A stretch of DNA of 63,871 nucleotides, filler included, from Folioceros fuciformis (Eukaryota): NCBI GenBank assembly GCA_049999805.1. It is 4 parts of 3 records of this genome, joined end to end, with 100 filler letters (N's around TTAATTAATTAA, not from the genome) between each part and the next. Parts side by side here need not be neighbours in the genome. Positions count along the whole stretch, not along the records: positions 21,432 to 46,234 come from JBNGIO010006283.1; 3 more parts are not named here. The stretch is one strand, 5' to 3'. A program made the position numbers and the translations under genes. The notes under the pieces were generated by a model, which saw only the letters and a list, made by a program, of their open reading frames with translations, made no database searches and was not told the DNA's origin. Shown here one piece after another: positions 25,950-37,305 of the stretch (positions are counted from its first letter, which is position 1; each line of letters starts with the position of its first letter).

Positions 25950-27075
25950 TGTTGAAAGTCCTATTACTCCAAAGATTGGTGGAACAACACAAGCAGGACC
26001 AAAAGGGGTACTAGCCCCTTTGAACATCATTCTCAATCACCGGTGCCAAAGAAGCCATTTGACTTGTGCTTGTTGCTATTCGAAAAACCACGTTGGCCAA
26101 TGCTCTTTGCAAAGCAATGCATACGGGTTGTCCAAAGAAGGCAAAACAATGAATACATGTTGTCGACAAAAGGCGAAGCAATAAATATGCGTTGTCGAAA
26201 GAAGGCAAAGCAATGAATACGCGTTGTCGAAAGAATGAAAAGCAATGAATGCATGTTGTAGAAAGAAGGAAAAGGAATGAATACGTGTTGTCGAAAGAAG
26301 GCAAAGCAATGAAGGAAAAGCATTGAATACGTGTTCTTGAAAGAAGGAAAAGCAATGAAGGAAAAGCATTGAATACGTATTCTCGAAAGAAGGCAAAGCA
26401 ATCAAGGAAAAGCATTGAATACGTGTTCTCAAAAGAAGGCAAAACAATGAATAACCTGTTGTCGAAAGAAGGGAAAGCAATGAATACGCGTTGTTGAAAG
26501 AAGGAAAAGCAATGAATACATGTTGTCGACAGAAGGCAATTAATAATGCATTGTTGAAAGAAGGGAAAGCAATGAATACGCGTTGTCAAAAGAAGGAAAA
26601 GCAATGAATACATGTTGTTGAAAGAAGGAAAAACAATGAATATGTGTTGTCAAAAAAAGGCTAAGCAATGAATACGAGTTGTGGAAAAAAGGTTAAGCAA
26701 TGAATATGCATTGTCGAAAGAAGGAAAAGCAATGAATACGCCCTGTCGAAAAAAGGCAAAGCAATGAATATGTGTTGTCTCAAGAAGGCTACCTTCTTAA
26801 GAAAGAGGGAGAACCCCATTCCTATGACTATGATAAACCTTGGCTTGGTGCACTCCTTAATGAACCCTGAAAAGTCTTTGCCCACAGCCCCATGAGTCTC
26901 AAGAGTAAGGGGATGAAAGTATGTTTGTTTTGTAGGAAGAATATTTATGGACTTTGGCGCTTGCACAACCCTTCTCCGTCCATCTTGGGGGTTGATGTGC
27001 TAGCAAATCGAATCCCTAGTAGTAGTAGGATCTATAACAACCACGTGAGCGACAAACATGTTCCCCTCACTAAAA
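25950..27075 (-). mobile_element. CRE-like RLE non-LTR retrotransposon 3' fragment (copy B), expanded internally by a minisatellite
   Basis: Peptides VVVIDPT, YFHPLTLETHGAVGKDFSGFIKEC and IALQRALANVVF. Homologous to 185-620 and 48730-49100. Confidence 0.65.
26111..26793. repeat. ~32-bp minisatellite, ~20 units plus three ~15-bp partial units (AAAGCAATGAATACGCGTTGTCGAAAGAAGGC)
   Basis: Directly visible head-to-tail array with no unique spacers. Confidence 0.95.
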
Positions 27076-28383
27076 AAAGGTTAATTATTACCAAACCTAA
27101 TCTCCTAGTCTTATCTTGTGCTGAATATGTATAACATATATTACCAAATTAGGTGTACATACATAAGCTGGAATAATAGATACCCATATAAGGAAATATG
27201 TCTTCCTTCTCATCTCCTTCCTCCATGTATGAATAAACTCACCTGGGTACTCAGGTGTGAGGATGGGCAAACTCCAGGACAAGCACCGGGCAAGGGTTAG
27301 CTCTTTCTAGGGTTTCTTGAGGTACATATCCACACACAGGCACAGACACAGGTACGCACAGGATTAATGCGAATTTTACGTAACGGGAGGGCAAATTGAA
27401 TATGATTTTATCCACGGCCCGGGTATTTATTTGGACATGTGTAAGAAGGGTGAAGTGTCGTGGAGGCGTCGGTCCTCAGCGATCTCCGCGCCTCTCTCGG
27501 GCTCTCCCTTTGCTCGCCGGGCAGCCCCTTGGACATATGCCGGTGAGTGCAGGATGAGGGTGTTTGCTGGTCGCCGCGCCCCCTCTCCTCCATCCTTGGA
27601 TGATGGGACTTGTGAGTAATGCGATGCCCTAGACGCAGTACGAGTACCAGCACCATCACCACCACCCACCACCACGTCGTCTCCTCGGAGTCCCGTCTCC
27701 AACAGGTGGGGGCCTGCACTCCCTGCAACACGTCCGTCTCCTCTGGTTCCACCTTTTTTTTTGTCTGGCATGCTTCAGCACTGAACCAATCCAATCCAAT
27801 CCAATGCTGCATAACCACAGCACACACACCAGCGGTTCCGTGCGATGAAGAACCTGCCATGGATTCGTATCCTTGAAGCGGCCTGGTTCAGGTTCATGCC
27901 CATGTGTGTGTTGGATGTGTGTCCCGTTGCTGCAAGCAAAGGCAATGGCAAGGAGGACTCAATGCACATCATGCAGATGTAAGATCGGGACACTGTGCAA
28001 AGGAGATGAGAGATGTCTGTGCCCCTTACCTGCCTGCAAAGTTCCAATTCCCTGAGCTTGGTTGTGCTGTGCCCACTGCCGAGCGTTGCTAGGATTCTGG
28101 CTGTAAATTCTTTGATGGCACCCAGAAGCGGGTGATGGAGAATTGGTTCTGGAGAACAAACAAGTCCACGATGAACTTCATCTCCAGGATGAGGATGTTG
28201 TGGCAGTGGGAAGACAGAAGAAGCAAGTGCTGGCCACCAGCATGACAGCACCGCATTCTCGTCTTGTCATGAACGTGGAATCATCAGTCACTCGTGTGCA
28301 CACACACATTGCAAAGGTTGGACTGAATTGATGCATACCCAACAGCTCACGCGGTGGAATCCCGTACAAGCCGGTGGACGAGG

Positions 28384-29887
28384 ATGATGCGCTCGCGGCT
28401 GCAAGGCCGGCTGCGATCTTTGATGGGGAAGAAGAAGTACGGCAGCCGGAGTAGCAGGCCCAGGAGACGGGCGCAGCGCAAGACGAAGATGAAGGTGGTC
28501 CGCTTCCAGGTGCGCAGCAAGGCGCAGATCATGCGGGAAAGCGGGCTGCCGCTGTGCGGAATCCGCAACTGCCGCATCCCGGAGTGCAACATCCCGCGCT
28601 GCGGCCTCCTGAATTGCAAGCTCCCAGAGTGCGTGTTGCCGGAGGAGGATCTGGCGGAGTACCTGCTACCCAACTGCGGAATGCACCGATGCAAGCTCCC
28701 GCAGTGCCACGTCCAGCCCCCGGCCATGGACGTGGCTCCTGCTCCTCCTGCCTCTGGGTTTCTGTCCGGGGACAGGAAGAGGAAGGCCGGCAGCAGCTGC
28801 TCGCTTTCGAGGAGGAAGAGCGCGCGCTTGCTGGCCAAGAAGTTGCGAAAGAGTGCGAGGTTGTTTGAGAAATGCAAGCGGAAGCGGTGCTGCGAGGAAT
28901 TGGATGATGCGGAAAGGCGGAGGAACAGGAGGAAGGCAGCGGCTGCGGCCGCCGCATCGGCAGCCGCAGCGGCCGCTGCTGCGTGCTTGGCCACCAGAGA
29001 TGTGAGGGAGGGAGATGTTGCTGCTGCGCAGCGCGATCGGATGTTGGACACCGGGACGACTCCCTCTGCTCGAGGGCCCGGTACGTGCCCTCTCTGCTAC
29101 CTTGCATACATGCTAGAGGGCGTTGGGATGTGATGATGACGAGGGGCTGACAAGCGCTGCCTCTGCCTCCAGGTGACGGATGCACCACCTCTTGCAAGCT
29201 GTGCAGACGGGGAAACGGTGGCGGGCTGGCGGAAGCTGCCAAGGGCGTGGTGCAGAGGCTCACCGAGTTGGGAGAGGAGAACCTCTTGTTGCTCGTGCTG
29301 GAGAAACTTCCTCCAGGAACTCTGCTTCAAGCATCTCGGGTTGGTGCAGATCTCGCTTTCTCTCTCTGTTGGAGCAGTCCGACTGATGCTACTGCTGCTG
29401 CGGGTTCTCCTCCCGTGCTGGTGCTAAACGTGATGCTGTCTGCCACCAGGTTTGCCGATCTTGGGCCAGGCAATGCGAGATCGTGTTCAAGCGTGAATGT
29501 CAGCAAAACGGGTGGGCGCTGCCTAGACATCCTCGATGGTCTACCACAGCATTTCCTGTACGAAGGAAACCATTTGGCTTCGAAATCGTGCTGTTTGGCT
29601 GGCTGCCTACATTGCTGCTTCTAAATTGCCATTCGCAATTCGCAATGCAGTGGAGATCGCTCTACTTCCGGCACGCCTGCAGGGTGTGCGGCAGAATTGG
29701 CGAGTTTTTTGTGAGGAAGAGGTTGAACGGCAACTTCCAGTTCCTGTTGTGTGGCACTTGCATTCGGCTGCCTTCCGTGAAGGAGCGATTGGTGCAGTAC
29801 TCAATCGACCTGTACGGCGTGTCCGGCAAACTGGTGGTGCGTAACCTGAGCATGTCCAAATCCAGAAAAGTGCAGAGCTTGATTTGA
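28384..29887 (+). CDS. F-box-like protein with a basic/Cys-repeat N-terminus and C-terminal CxxC...CxxC
   Basis: Predicted introns ~29081-29172, 29340-29449 and 29558-29649 join LTELGEENLLLLVLEKLPPGTLLQASR|VCRSW (F-box pattern) and FP|WRSLYFRHACRVCG...LLCGTC. Confidence 0.7.
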
Positions 29888-30999
29888 TTCCTAAGCAGCA
29901 GTAGCGTAGCATTGTTGTAGGTGACGGCATCCATGACCCAGTTCATGACCCTTCATCCATCCATCCATCACCTGCTGCCTTTGCCTTTGCCTGTGCCTTG
30001 CCCTCCCCTTCCCTGCTCTGCTCTGCCCTGAATGTGTAACCTTCATTGGGTGAGTGACAGCCAGCGGCATTTTTGAAAATGATGAGGGAGAATGGCTCAT
30101 TGCTCTCCCGCACCTTCCCTACCATCAGCGTGGTGGATCTCGGCTGAAGTGCCCAACCAAACAACACAATTGTTTCCACCGCCGCGAACAGGTGGGGTGG
30201 CTGGGAACGGATTCTCTTCTTCATCGTAGTCTTTCTCCCTCCCTGTCTCCTCTGTGTCCGCTTTCCCATGTAGATGCGTAAGCCAATTTCCATTTCCTTA
30301 CACACACTCGTATGAGCTCGAGCTCTCTTCACATTTCGGGTTGTATGTCACGACAGCATTGAATTGCATTGCATGTCAGCCGGTGCCCTGTGCATCACCA
30401 CTCACTCACTGCCACACTGGCATGTACATACATACGTCCCTGTGATTGGCAAATCCTTCAGAGTGCGGTCTGAGGTGAGGAAGTGAGGCAGACATGGCTC
30501 GTCCCCCTGACTTCCTACCTAAGGAAACATTGAAAATCTAACCTAATAAAACAATGTCATTAATATGTTCAAAATGCAAAATAATCTTGCCTCAAGTTCC
30601 GACCACATTGCACCTCTCACTCTGGCGGCCAGCTTTGGTCCTTGGTCCAGGATGCCTCTCCTCTCTATCTATGCGCGTTTGGTGTCCCTATGGTACGTTG
30701 GTTTAAGGATGCTGTCTATGATGCGACCGTGTCCCACTTGTGTCATGATTTTTGCTTATCGCTCAAGGGCAAGGGCTTACATGAAGTTTAGTAAGGACGG
30801 ATTTTCGTCATCAGACTTGGTACTTCATAATTGATACCTTGTTGAATGTAACTACTGTACTGTACTTAGATAAAGCTAGCTCCTATTCTTACATCAAGGG
30901 CCTTCTTCTCTTCGGGTACTCCATCTGAGTACCAATGCAAGCCCAGGATGCTTAATCACGGCATTCTTAAAGACGTGTATCCATGGCACATTTAATGAC

Positions 31000-33542
31000 T
31001 CAAAGACTCGCACCCAAATAGAGTGGCTAGAAGACTGATAGAAGAGCTCCAATTGGTAAAATGTGTCTTTATTTCGGAATCAGATTAGGACGGTGCTTGG
31101 TCACAATTCTGCGCTGCTTGGTCACAATTCTGCGCTGCTTGGTCACAATTCTGGAGGTCGTGCTTGCTACAGTACCCAAAAGTAGAAGAAGTTCTGGAAG
31201 TCTTGTACCGTGTCTGATCGGAGGCTTACACTTTGCTTCTGACGCAACCAGCGCCAACCTGGAGGGAAAAGGTCCTGGCGCCAAGCTCGGCCTCCCCTGC
31301 TTCAGACAACCTTCACGCGAACACATGTTGTGGTTCCCCGAGTATGAAGGCAACTCGTACCCGGGTTAAAGACGAGAGGGGAAGGGTACTGAGAACGGGG
31401 GAAGGATAGAGGGTACCGCGATCATGAACCACGGCCCCGACGCTCCCCAACAAGATCGATTTGTATCTGGACAGCACAGTATAAATTAAACCAGAGACTA
31501 GCAACTAAGACTAAGAACCGGGTCTCCTTAATATCACTTTGATGTCAGGCACTGACAAACCACACTGGCAAGTTCCATACAGGAGCCCGCTTGCGCGTTG
31601 TTGGCTACTTCTTCGATCGTCCCCCACTTTTTCTCCAAGCTGGATACTTGGACGTCCTGTAAGAAAAAATGGCCAACAATGCTGATGTACGAAGTAGGAA
31701 GTTTGGGAGTTTGGCCAACAGTCCTTGAGGTACAACGTAGCACAGCTGTCACCGCCGCCAGATCAGCTTTCAAAGCTGGTCGCCAAATTTCCGGGGGCAG
31801 TTAAAACGACGGTTGCTGCCACACTGATGAAGGGGAAGATTTTTGGGAAGACCAGGGCCCCAAGAAAGAGCCTCCTGAAATTCTAGGGAAGAAAACGATT
31901 CGGAATTGCGAAATTCACATTGATCCGGCATCGTAGAAGTATCTGTGTGCAAGCAGCTGAGCATGGCCCTTAGCGGTGCTCATGTGTATGTGGCGGTTCA
32001 AGCACCTACGGTATGGACTTCCAAAGCTCATCTCATGGAAATCGTGCAATGTTAACAAGGCAAAGGTGGAAGAGGCAGCTCTGAAATTGTGTTGAACAAA
32101 GTCACTGCAAGTATCTGAGACCGGTGGTTCTTGGCCAGTCGTCTTTCTGCACTACTGAGTGTGGGGCTTCCACCACCTGCTGTGAGGGCCTCCGTTGTTC
32201 TTGTGAAAAAGTCTTGTCGAATGTTACGATTGTTGGAGCATTCTCTACAGCTTGGCTAATAATCCTCCGGCTTTCTGAGCGGCGGCTGGTTGATATTGCC
32301 CCACCAAGGGAACCTGTTTGTTGCATGCCTAACTGCCAGACTTAAGCACACCGATCTTGGCTCAAGAATGATATGCATATCCTGTGTCCTGGACCTTGCT
32401 TGCCATCGTATTCATGCTGCAGTGAGACTCATTCTCCTCAAATGTGACAAGCCAATATTGTTTCACCCATCATCGATTATCTGGCATTACAGTGGGTGGC
32501 AGGTGCATCCTGCAACCTATCTCAATTGCCTGACAGACTCGTCCATTGCGACCGTGAGCCCAAATACTGGAGGACCACGAACGCTTAGACCATTGCGTTG
32601 AGAGGAGCAGCCACTCCATTCAAGTCAAGCAATACATCCTCCAGTCTCCTCCCCTGGCGCAGAGGGGCATACAAGCAATCAACGTGCTGTTGCCAAGTGG
32701 GTAGCTGCCGCAAACAAGTTAGCGGAGGAAACTACGCCCCTATAGAAACATGCAACTCGGACGGCGTGTTGCTACTGATCTGAAACACATTAAAACGCTA
32801 CTTGAACATACGGAAGCATGCATCGCCCCAACCCCGACACCGGCTTCCTTAATAGGTGCGGCTCTCTCGAGACGAAAAGATGATGTCACTCATATGGAGC
32901 AGACGGCTCACCCCCGGGACGCTTTTGGTGCACAGTTTAGGAACCGAAACTGAAGCAAGATCAGGCACTGGAAACACTTGGGTTGGAGACGCCATGTCAA
33001 ACTTGTGGCTCTAAGCATCCCACACCCGAGCTCGGCGATCAGGTTAGTTCGGCACCCCGTGCCCATTCAGCTTGATTTGGCGACAAAAGGGATCGAGAAA
33101 GGGCAAAATAGCAGATACTTACGTGTCCACTCCTAATCCTCTGCACCATACTACCCGCTGGTTGGTCACACATCTGAAGGTCTTGCCACAGAACCAAAAA
33201 GTAAAACTATCTTAAAAGTCCTCAGACCATGTGTCATCGTAGGCTTACAGCAAGCTGTAGAGGCAGCCAGGCCCGCATACCTGAGTTCAGAAGCGGAGAT
33301 ATGTGGTGAAGGACTGATCATCGTTGAGAAAAACTGAAGCTTGACGGAGCACTAGGGTGCCGACGTCTATCATCTCCGCTGCTGGAAGATGCCTCTAGTG
33401 CTCCCTGCCTAGACGCCGGGATCTTTTCCTTACAAGCCATGCAATCTCCAGACGACAAGCAGTTGCAGGGGGGCCTGCTAGCTGCAATTAGCGAATGCCC
33501 TACGGTGAGTCGGTCTCCTCCTCTGCGTGGGGCATCTGCCAA
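31000..33542 (-). CDS. Possible uncharacterised multi-exon gene
   Basis: Several short minus-strand ORFs with gene-like GC and plausible splice sites; AAACCCTA telo-boxes at ~33677-33802. No recognisable domain. Confidence 0.25.
31094..31152. repeat. 21-bp tandem repeat x~3 (TGCTTGGTCACAATTCTGCGC)
   Basis: Directly visible. Confidence 0.85.
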
Positions 33543-33999
33543 CCGCTGTCAGCGGACCGCCCTATGGACAAGCAGTCGGTCTCGTGCGGTCGCTTACATT
33601 TCCTAACCTGGAAGCCACACCTACGGCATCTGAGAAAACACCGTAGGACACAAACGAGCGGAAGAAAGACTTCCACAAACCCTAATATGTACCCGAGTTC
33701 GACCGGAACTAGGACTCGTCGGCGCATGACCTGCATACGTCATTTCCGAGCCACACTGCGCATTTATTCTCGCACACAGTAAACCCTAAGCCCTAACCCT
33801 AATTTTACACCATACTTTTGTAGCCCTTATTGCATTATTATGTATTTAGACTATATATTTGCAACAACTCCACGTCTAACACTAGTCTCCACTACTCACA
33901 CAGGGTTGGTATAACAAGGATTGCAATACTTACACACTCTTAATAATTACCTGGGGTTTGTATAACAAGGATTGCAATTCTCATCACCCCGTTGAGGTA

Positions 34000-34950
34000 G
34001 TGGCTAGTACCCCTTTTGGCCTTGCTCGGGTTGTTCCATTGGGCCGGGACTTTCCATCTCTTTTTTTCAATAATAGAAAATAATCAGTTTTGAGGTAGAC
34101 CTTGTTGTCTTCAACCTCCTTGCACATTCTATTAAATTCCACTTCACACCTTAGCAAGTCAAAGGGATCTCTCAACCCCACCCTACATGTAGAGTTTCCT
34201 AAGAGATATAGGATCTTAGCTTGGTTACTTACCAAGATAAGATTTTTCTCTATTCGAAGACCACACTTAGATGATCTCTAACATTTTGCCCATGCCAAGC
34301 TCCTGCTCTTGGATTTGATGACTTGCAAGTGGAAATGATATCATCCAACCACTCGCCACAATACCTATTTGCAATGACTACACTCCTCAATATGATGTTG
34401 AGGTCTAACACCATTTGCAAAGAGTGGCTAGTGTTTGCATAATACTTTCACAATCAAATTCGTTGCAACAATTCTCTCATTCAAAAGGGTCCCTTTGTGA
34501 TTGCATAGTTGGAAGAGGAAAGGTGGAGTGTTAACTAATACTAGTGTAGACAAGTGTAAATTACATGAGGTGTAACCAATCCCTTCGCCACACCTTTTCC
34601 GACGTTGTTCCATCTCCATCAAGTTGCACTATTGTACCATTGCTTTTTCTTAGCAAGGGTTGCTCAATTTAGTTGTACTCCCTTGCCTGCCTTTTCCTCA
34701 ACTAACAACAACGGTGTCAACTATAATATTGAACATTCGAGCACATTGAATGTTGCATGCCACTACATCAACTTTGTGTCTTGGATGGAGGAATTAGGAG
34801 ACCTAATGGAGAAGTGGGGGTTGGACGTCTTTCACTATTGTTAAACCTTCAACTCTATTACAAAGTTGCAAAAATTCGTCCTCAACATGCTCGCCCTTCC
34901 TTAGAAGAAGATGTACTTGAAGAGCATTCAGACAAACTATTTTTATATGG
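34000..34950 (-). mobile_element. Possible highly degenerate retrotransposon (gag-like) remnant
   Basis: AT-richer, stop-riddled region. EMEQRRKR weakly resembles the Ty3/gypsy gag C-terminal motif. Confidence 0.2.
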
Positions 34951-35601
34951 GTAGTCAAAATGTTATGTCAAGTCTATGAGATGCAGGCAAGAGGAATTGG
35001 CTTCTTGCTCGATGTTTTCCTACCGTGATGCGTTTCCGCCTAGGCTTGGTGAATGTTGCTCTAGCAGGCCTGCTCTTGCCATTTTGCTTGCAAAGGCAAG
35101 AGCCCTTTTAATGATCTTGAGACAAATGGGCAGATAATGCATTGCTATGCGTTGATGTTGTCTAGGATCTCATGTTCTCCATTGCTAAGAATGGAGGATG
35201 ACTCCAAGAACACTTGGCTTGATATATATATCATGGGCATTTGCAAGACGGTATCTAGGATCTCATGTTCATCCATACTAGGTAAGGCGAGTTTTTTTTC
35301 CCATCCACGGAGTGCCCCTACACCCTACTCAAAATGCGGTTAAGGGTAGATCAGCTTTCCATCTACTCTTTTTCTTAAAAAACCTTATAAAAACAAGTTA
35401 AAATATATATTAATCGTCAATTTACTAATTTATACCCTAATGTTGTTGAGCTTGCCGAAAGCTGTTGGTGTGAGACGCAAATTCTGAGAAATCGAGTGTA
35501 GCGTAGCGCTCCGGGACGGTCTCAGAAAGTGCCTTCTTCGGGCTGGTAGTCGTAAGAAGGAGCTGGGTCTAGCGGGGGTAGCTAAGGAGGGCAAGGAGGC
35601 G

Positions 35602-36899
35602 ATGGCATTGGCCAAGGCAGGGAAGGGCGTTCTGCGAGGCGGCCTTGCCGCATTGTCAGCTGCGCTGCGGGATGGCGCCCTGGCTGCTGCCCNNNNNNNN
35701 NNNNNNNNNNNNNNNNNNNNNNNNNNNNNNNNNNNNNNNNNNNNNNNNNNNNNNNNNNNNNNNNNNNNNNNNNNNNNNNNNNNNNNNNNNNNCTTGTGCT
35801 GGAGATGAACGGCGAGGTGGTGGAGCGGGCGGAGCCGCACATCGGCCTTCTCCACAGAGGCACAGAGAAGCTGATCGAGTACAAGACTTATCTCCAGGCG
35901 TTGCCCTACTTCGACCGCCTGGACTACGTCTCCATGATGTGCCAGGAGCACGCCTACTCCCTGGCCGTGGAGAAGCTGGTGAACGTGGAGGTACCGCTGC
36001 GGGCGCAGTACATCCGGGTGCTCTTCTCCGAGATCACGCGCCTGCTGAACCATCTCATGGCCGTGACCACGCACGCCATGGACGTGGGAGCGCTCACGCC
36101 GTTCCTTTGGGGTTTCGAGGAGCGGGAGAAGCTGATGGAGTTCTACGAGCGGGTGTCCGGGGCGCGCATGCATGCCGCCTACATTCGGCCCGGCGGGGTT
36201 GCGCAGGACTTGCCCCTCGGTCTCAGCGAGGATATCTTTCGCTTTGCGCAGCAGTTCGCATCCAGGATCGACGAGATTGAGGAGCTGCTCACCAACAACC
36301 GCATCTGGAAGCAGCGGCTGGTGGACATCGGGGTTGTGTCGGCCAAGGAAGCTATGGACTGGGGTTTCTCCGGCGTCATGTTGCGGGGATCTGGAGTGCG
36401 CTGGGACTTACGAAGAGCCTCGCCGTATGATGTTTATGACCGCTTGGATTTCGACATTCCCGTAGGGACGTCTGGGGACTGCTATGACCGATACTGCTGC
36501 CGTGTGGAGGAGATGCGACAGTCCTTGAGGATCATTATCCAGTGCCTCAACCAAATGCCGTCCGGGGACATGATCAAGGCGGATGATCGCAAGCTAGTGC
36601 CTCCTTCCAGATCTCAGATGAAGCAGTCCATGGAGTCGTTGATCCACCATTTCAAGCTCTACACCGAGGGTTTCACTGTTCCTCCGGGATCTACCTACAC
36701 TGCCGTCGAGGCCCCCAAGGGCGAGTTTGGCGTCTACCTCGTCAGCGATGGCTCCAATCGTCCATACAGGTGTAAGATCCGTGCTCCAGGTTTCGGGCAT
36801 CTTCAGGGTCTGGATTTCATGGCCAAAAACCACATGCTGGCGGATGTGGTTACCATCATCGGGACTCAGGACATTGTCTTCGGAGAGGTTGATAGATAG
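35602..36899 (+). CDS. nad7: Nucleus-encoded NADH dehydrogenase subunit 7 (complex I 49-kDa subunit) with a putative mitochondrial presequence; spans a 100-N gap
   Basis: [31 protein letters not shown]...[14 protein letters not shown]...[11 protein letters not shown]...[14 protein letters not shown]3-rich codons. Before the gap, [30 protein letters not shown]. Confidence 0.95.
35693..35792. other. Plain 100-N scaffold gap inside nad7
   Basis: Directly visible; no linker. Confidence 0.98.
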
Positions 36900-37120
36900 C
36901 CTGCAGCTGCCGCAGTGCACATGCGTAGCTCACTTTGCCTCCTCCGAGCTCTTTTTTGTATGTAACATTTCTCCATTCTCGTTTCAAATGCAAGCAAAGG
37001 AAGGGAATGCAAGCAACCAAGCTCCTCTCTAAATCTTAACCAAGTCCATCACACTGGTAGCTCGAGATTTGTCACGCTGATGGCATCGGACGGACTACCG
37101 GTGAACCCCGGGGCTTCCGG

Positions 37121-37170
37121 TTTCCCGCCTGCTTTGAATTCTGTGTAGCGGCAGGGTGAAGTTAGGGTTT
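37121..37170 (+). promoter_or_regulatory. E2F-like site (TTTCCCGCC) and telo-box (TTAGGGTTT) upstream of NUP58
   Basis: Motif matches at 37121-37129 and 37162-37170; function untested. Confidence 0.4.
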
Positions 37171-37305
37171 CAGAGAGCTGTTTCGTTGTGCTCTTTGCTC
37201 CTGCAGGAGTTCCCTGTCAGCAGCAAGCAAGCGAGCGCGCGCTCGAGCTGCTGTCGATGAGTCGCCACCTGTAGCTCCAGCAATTCATCGGGAGCTGTTT
37301 GAAGA

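Noticed and set aside
26111-26793. CRISPR array
   Set aside because: Units are head-to-tail with no unique spacers, there are no cas genes, and the unit derives from a retroelement.
26011-26966. Hydrophobic protein ORFs
   Set aside because: By-products of the minisatellite.
35796-36899. NUMT or bacterial nuoD contamination
   Set aside because: GC3-rich intact ORF with a presequence-like leader, no other mitochondrial or nuo genes nearby, and contiguous with intron-containing NUP58.
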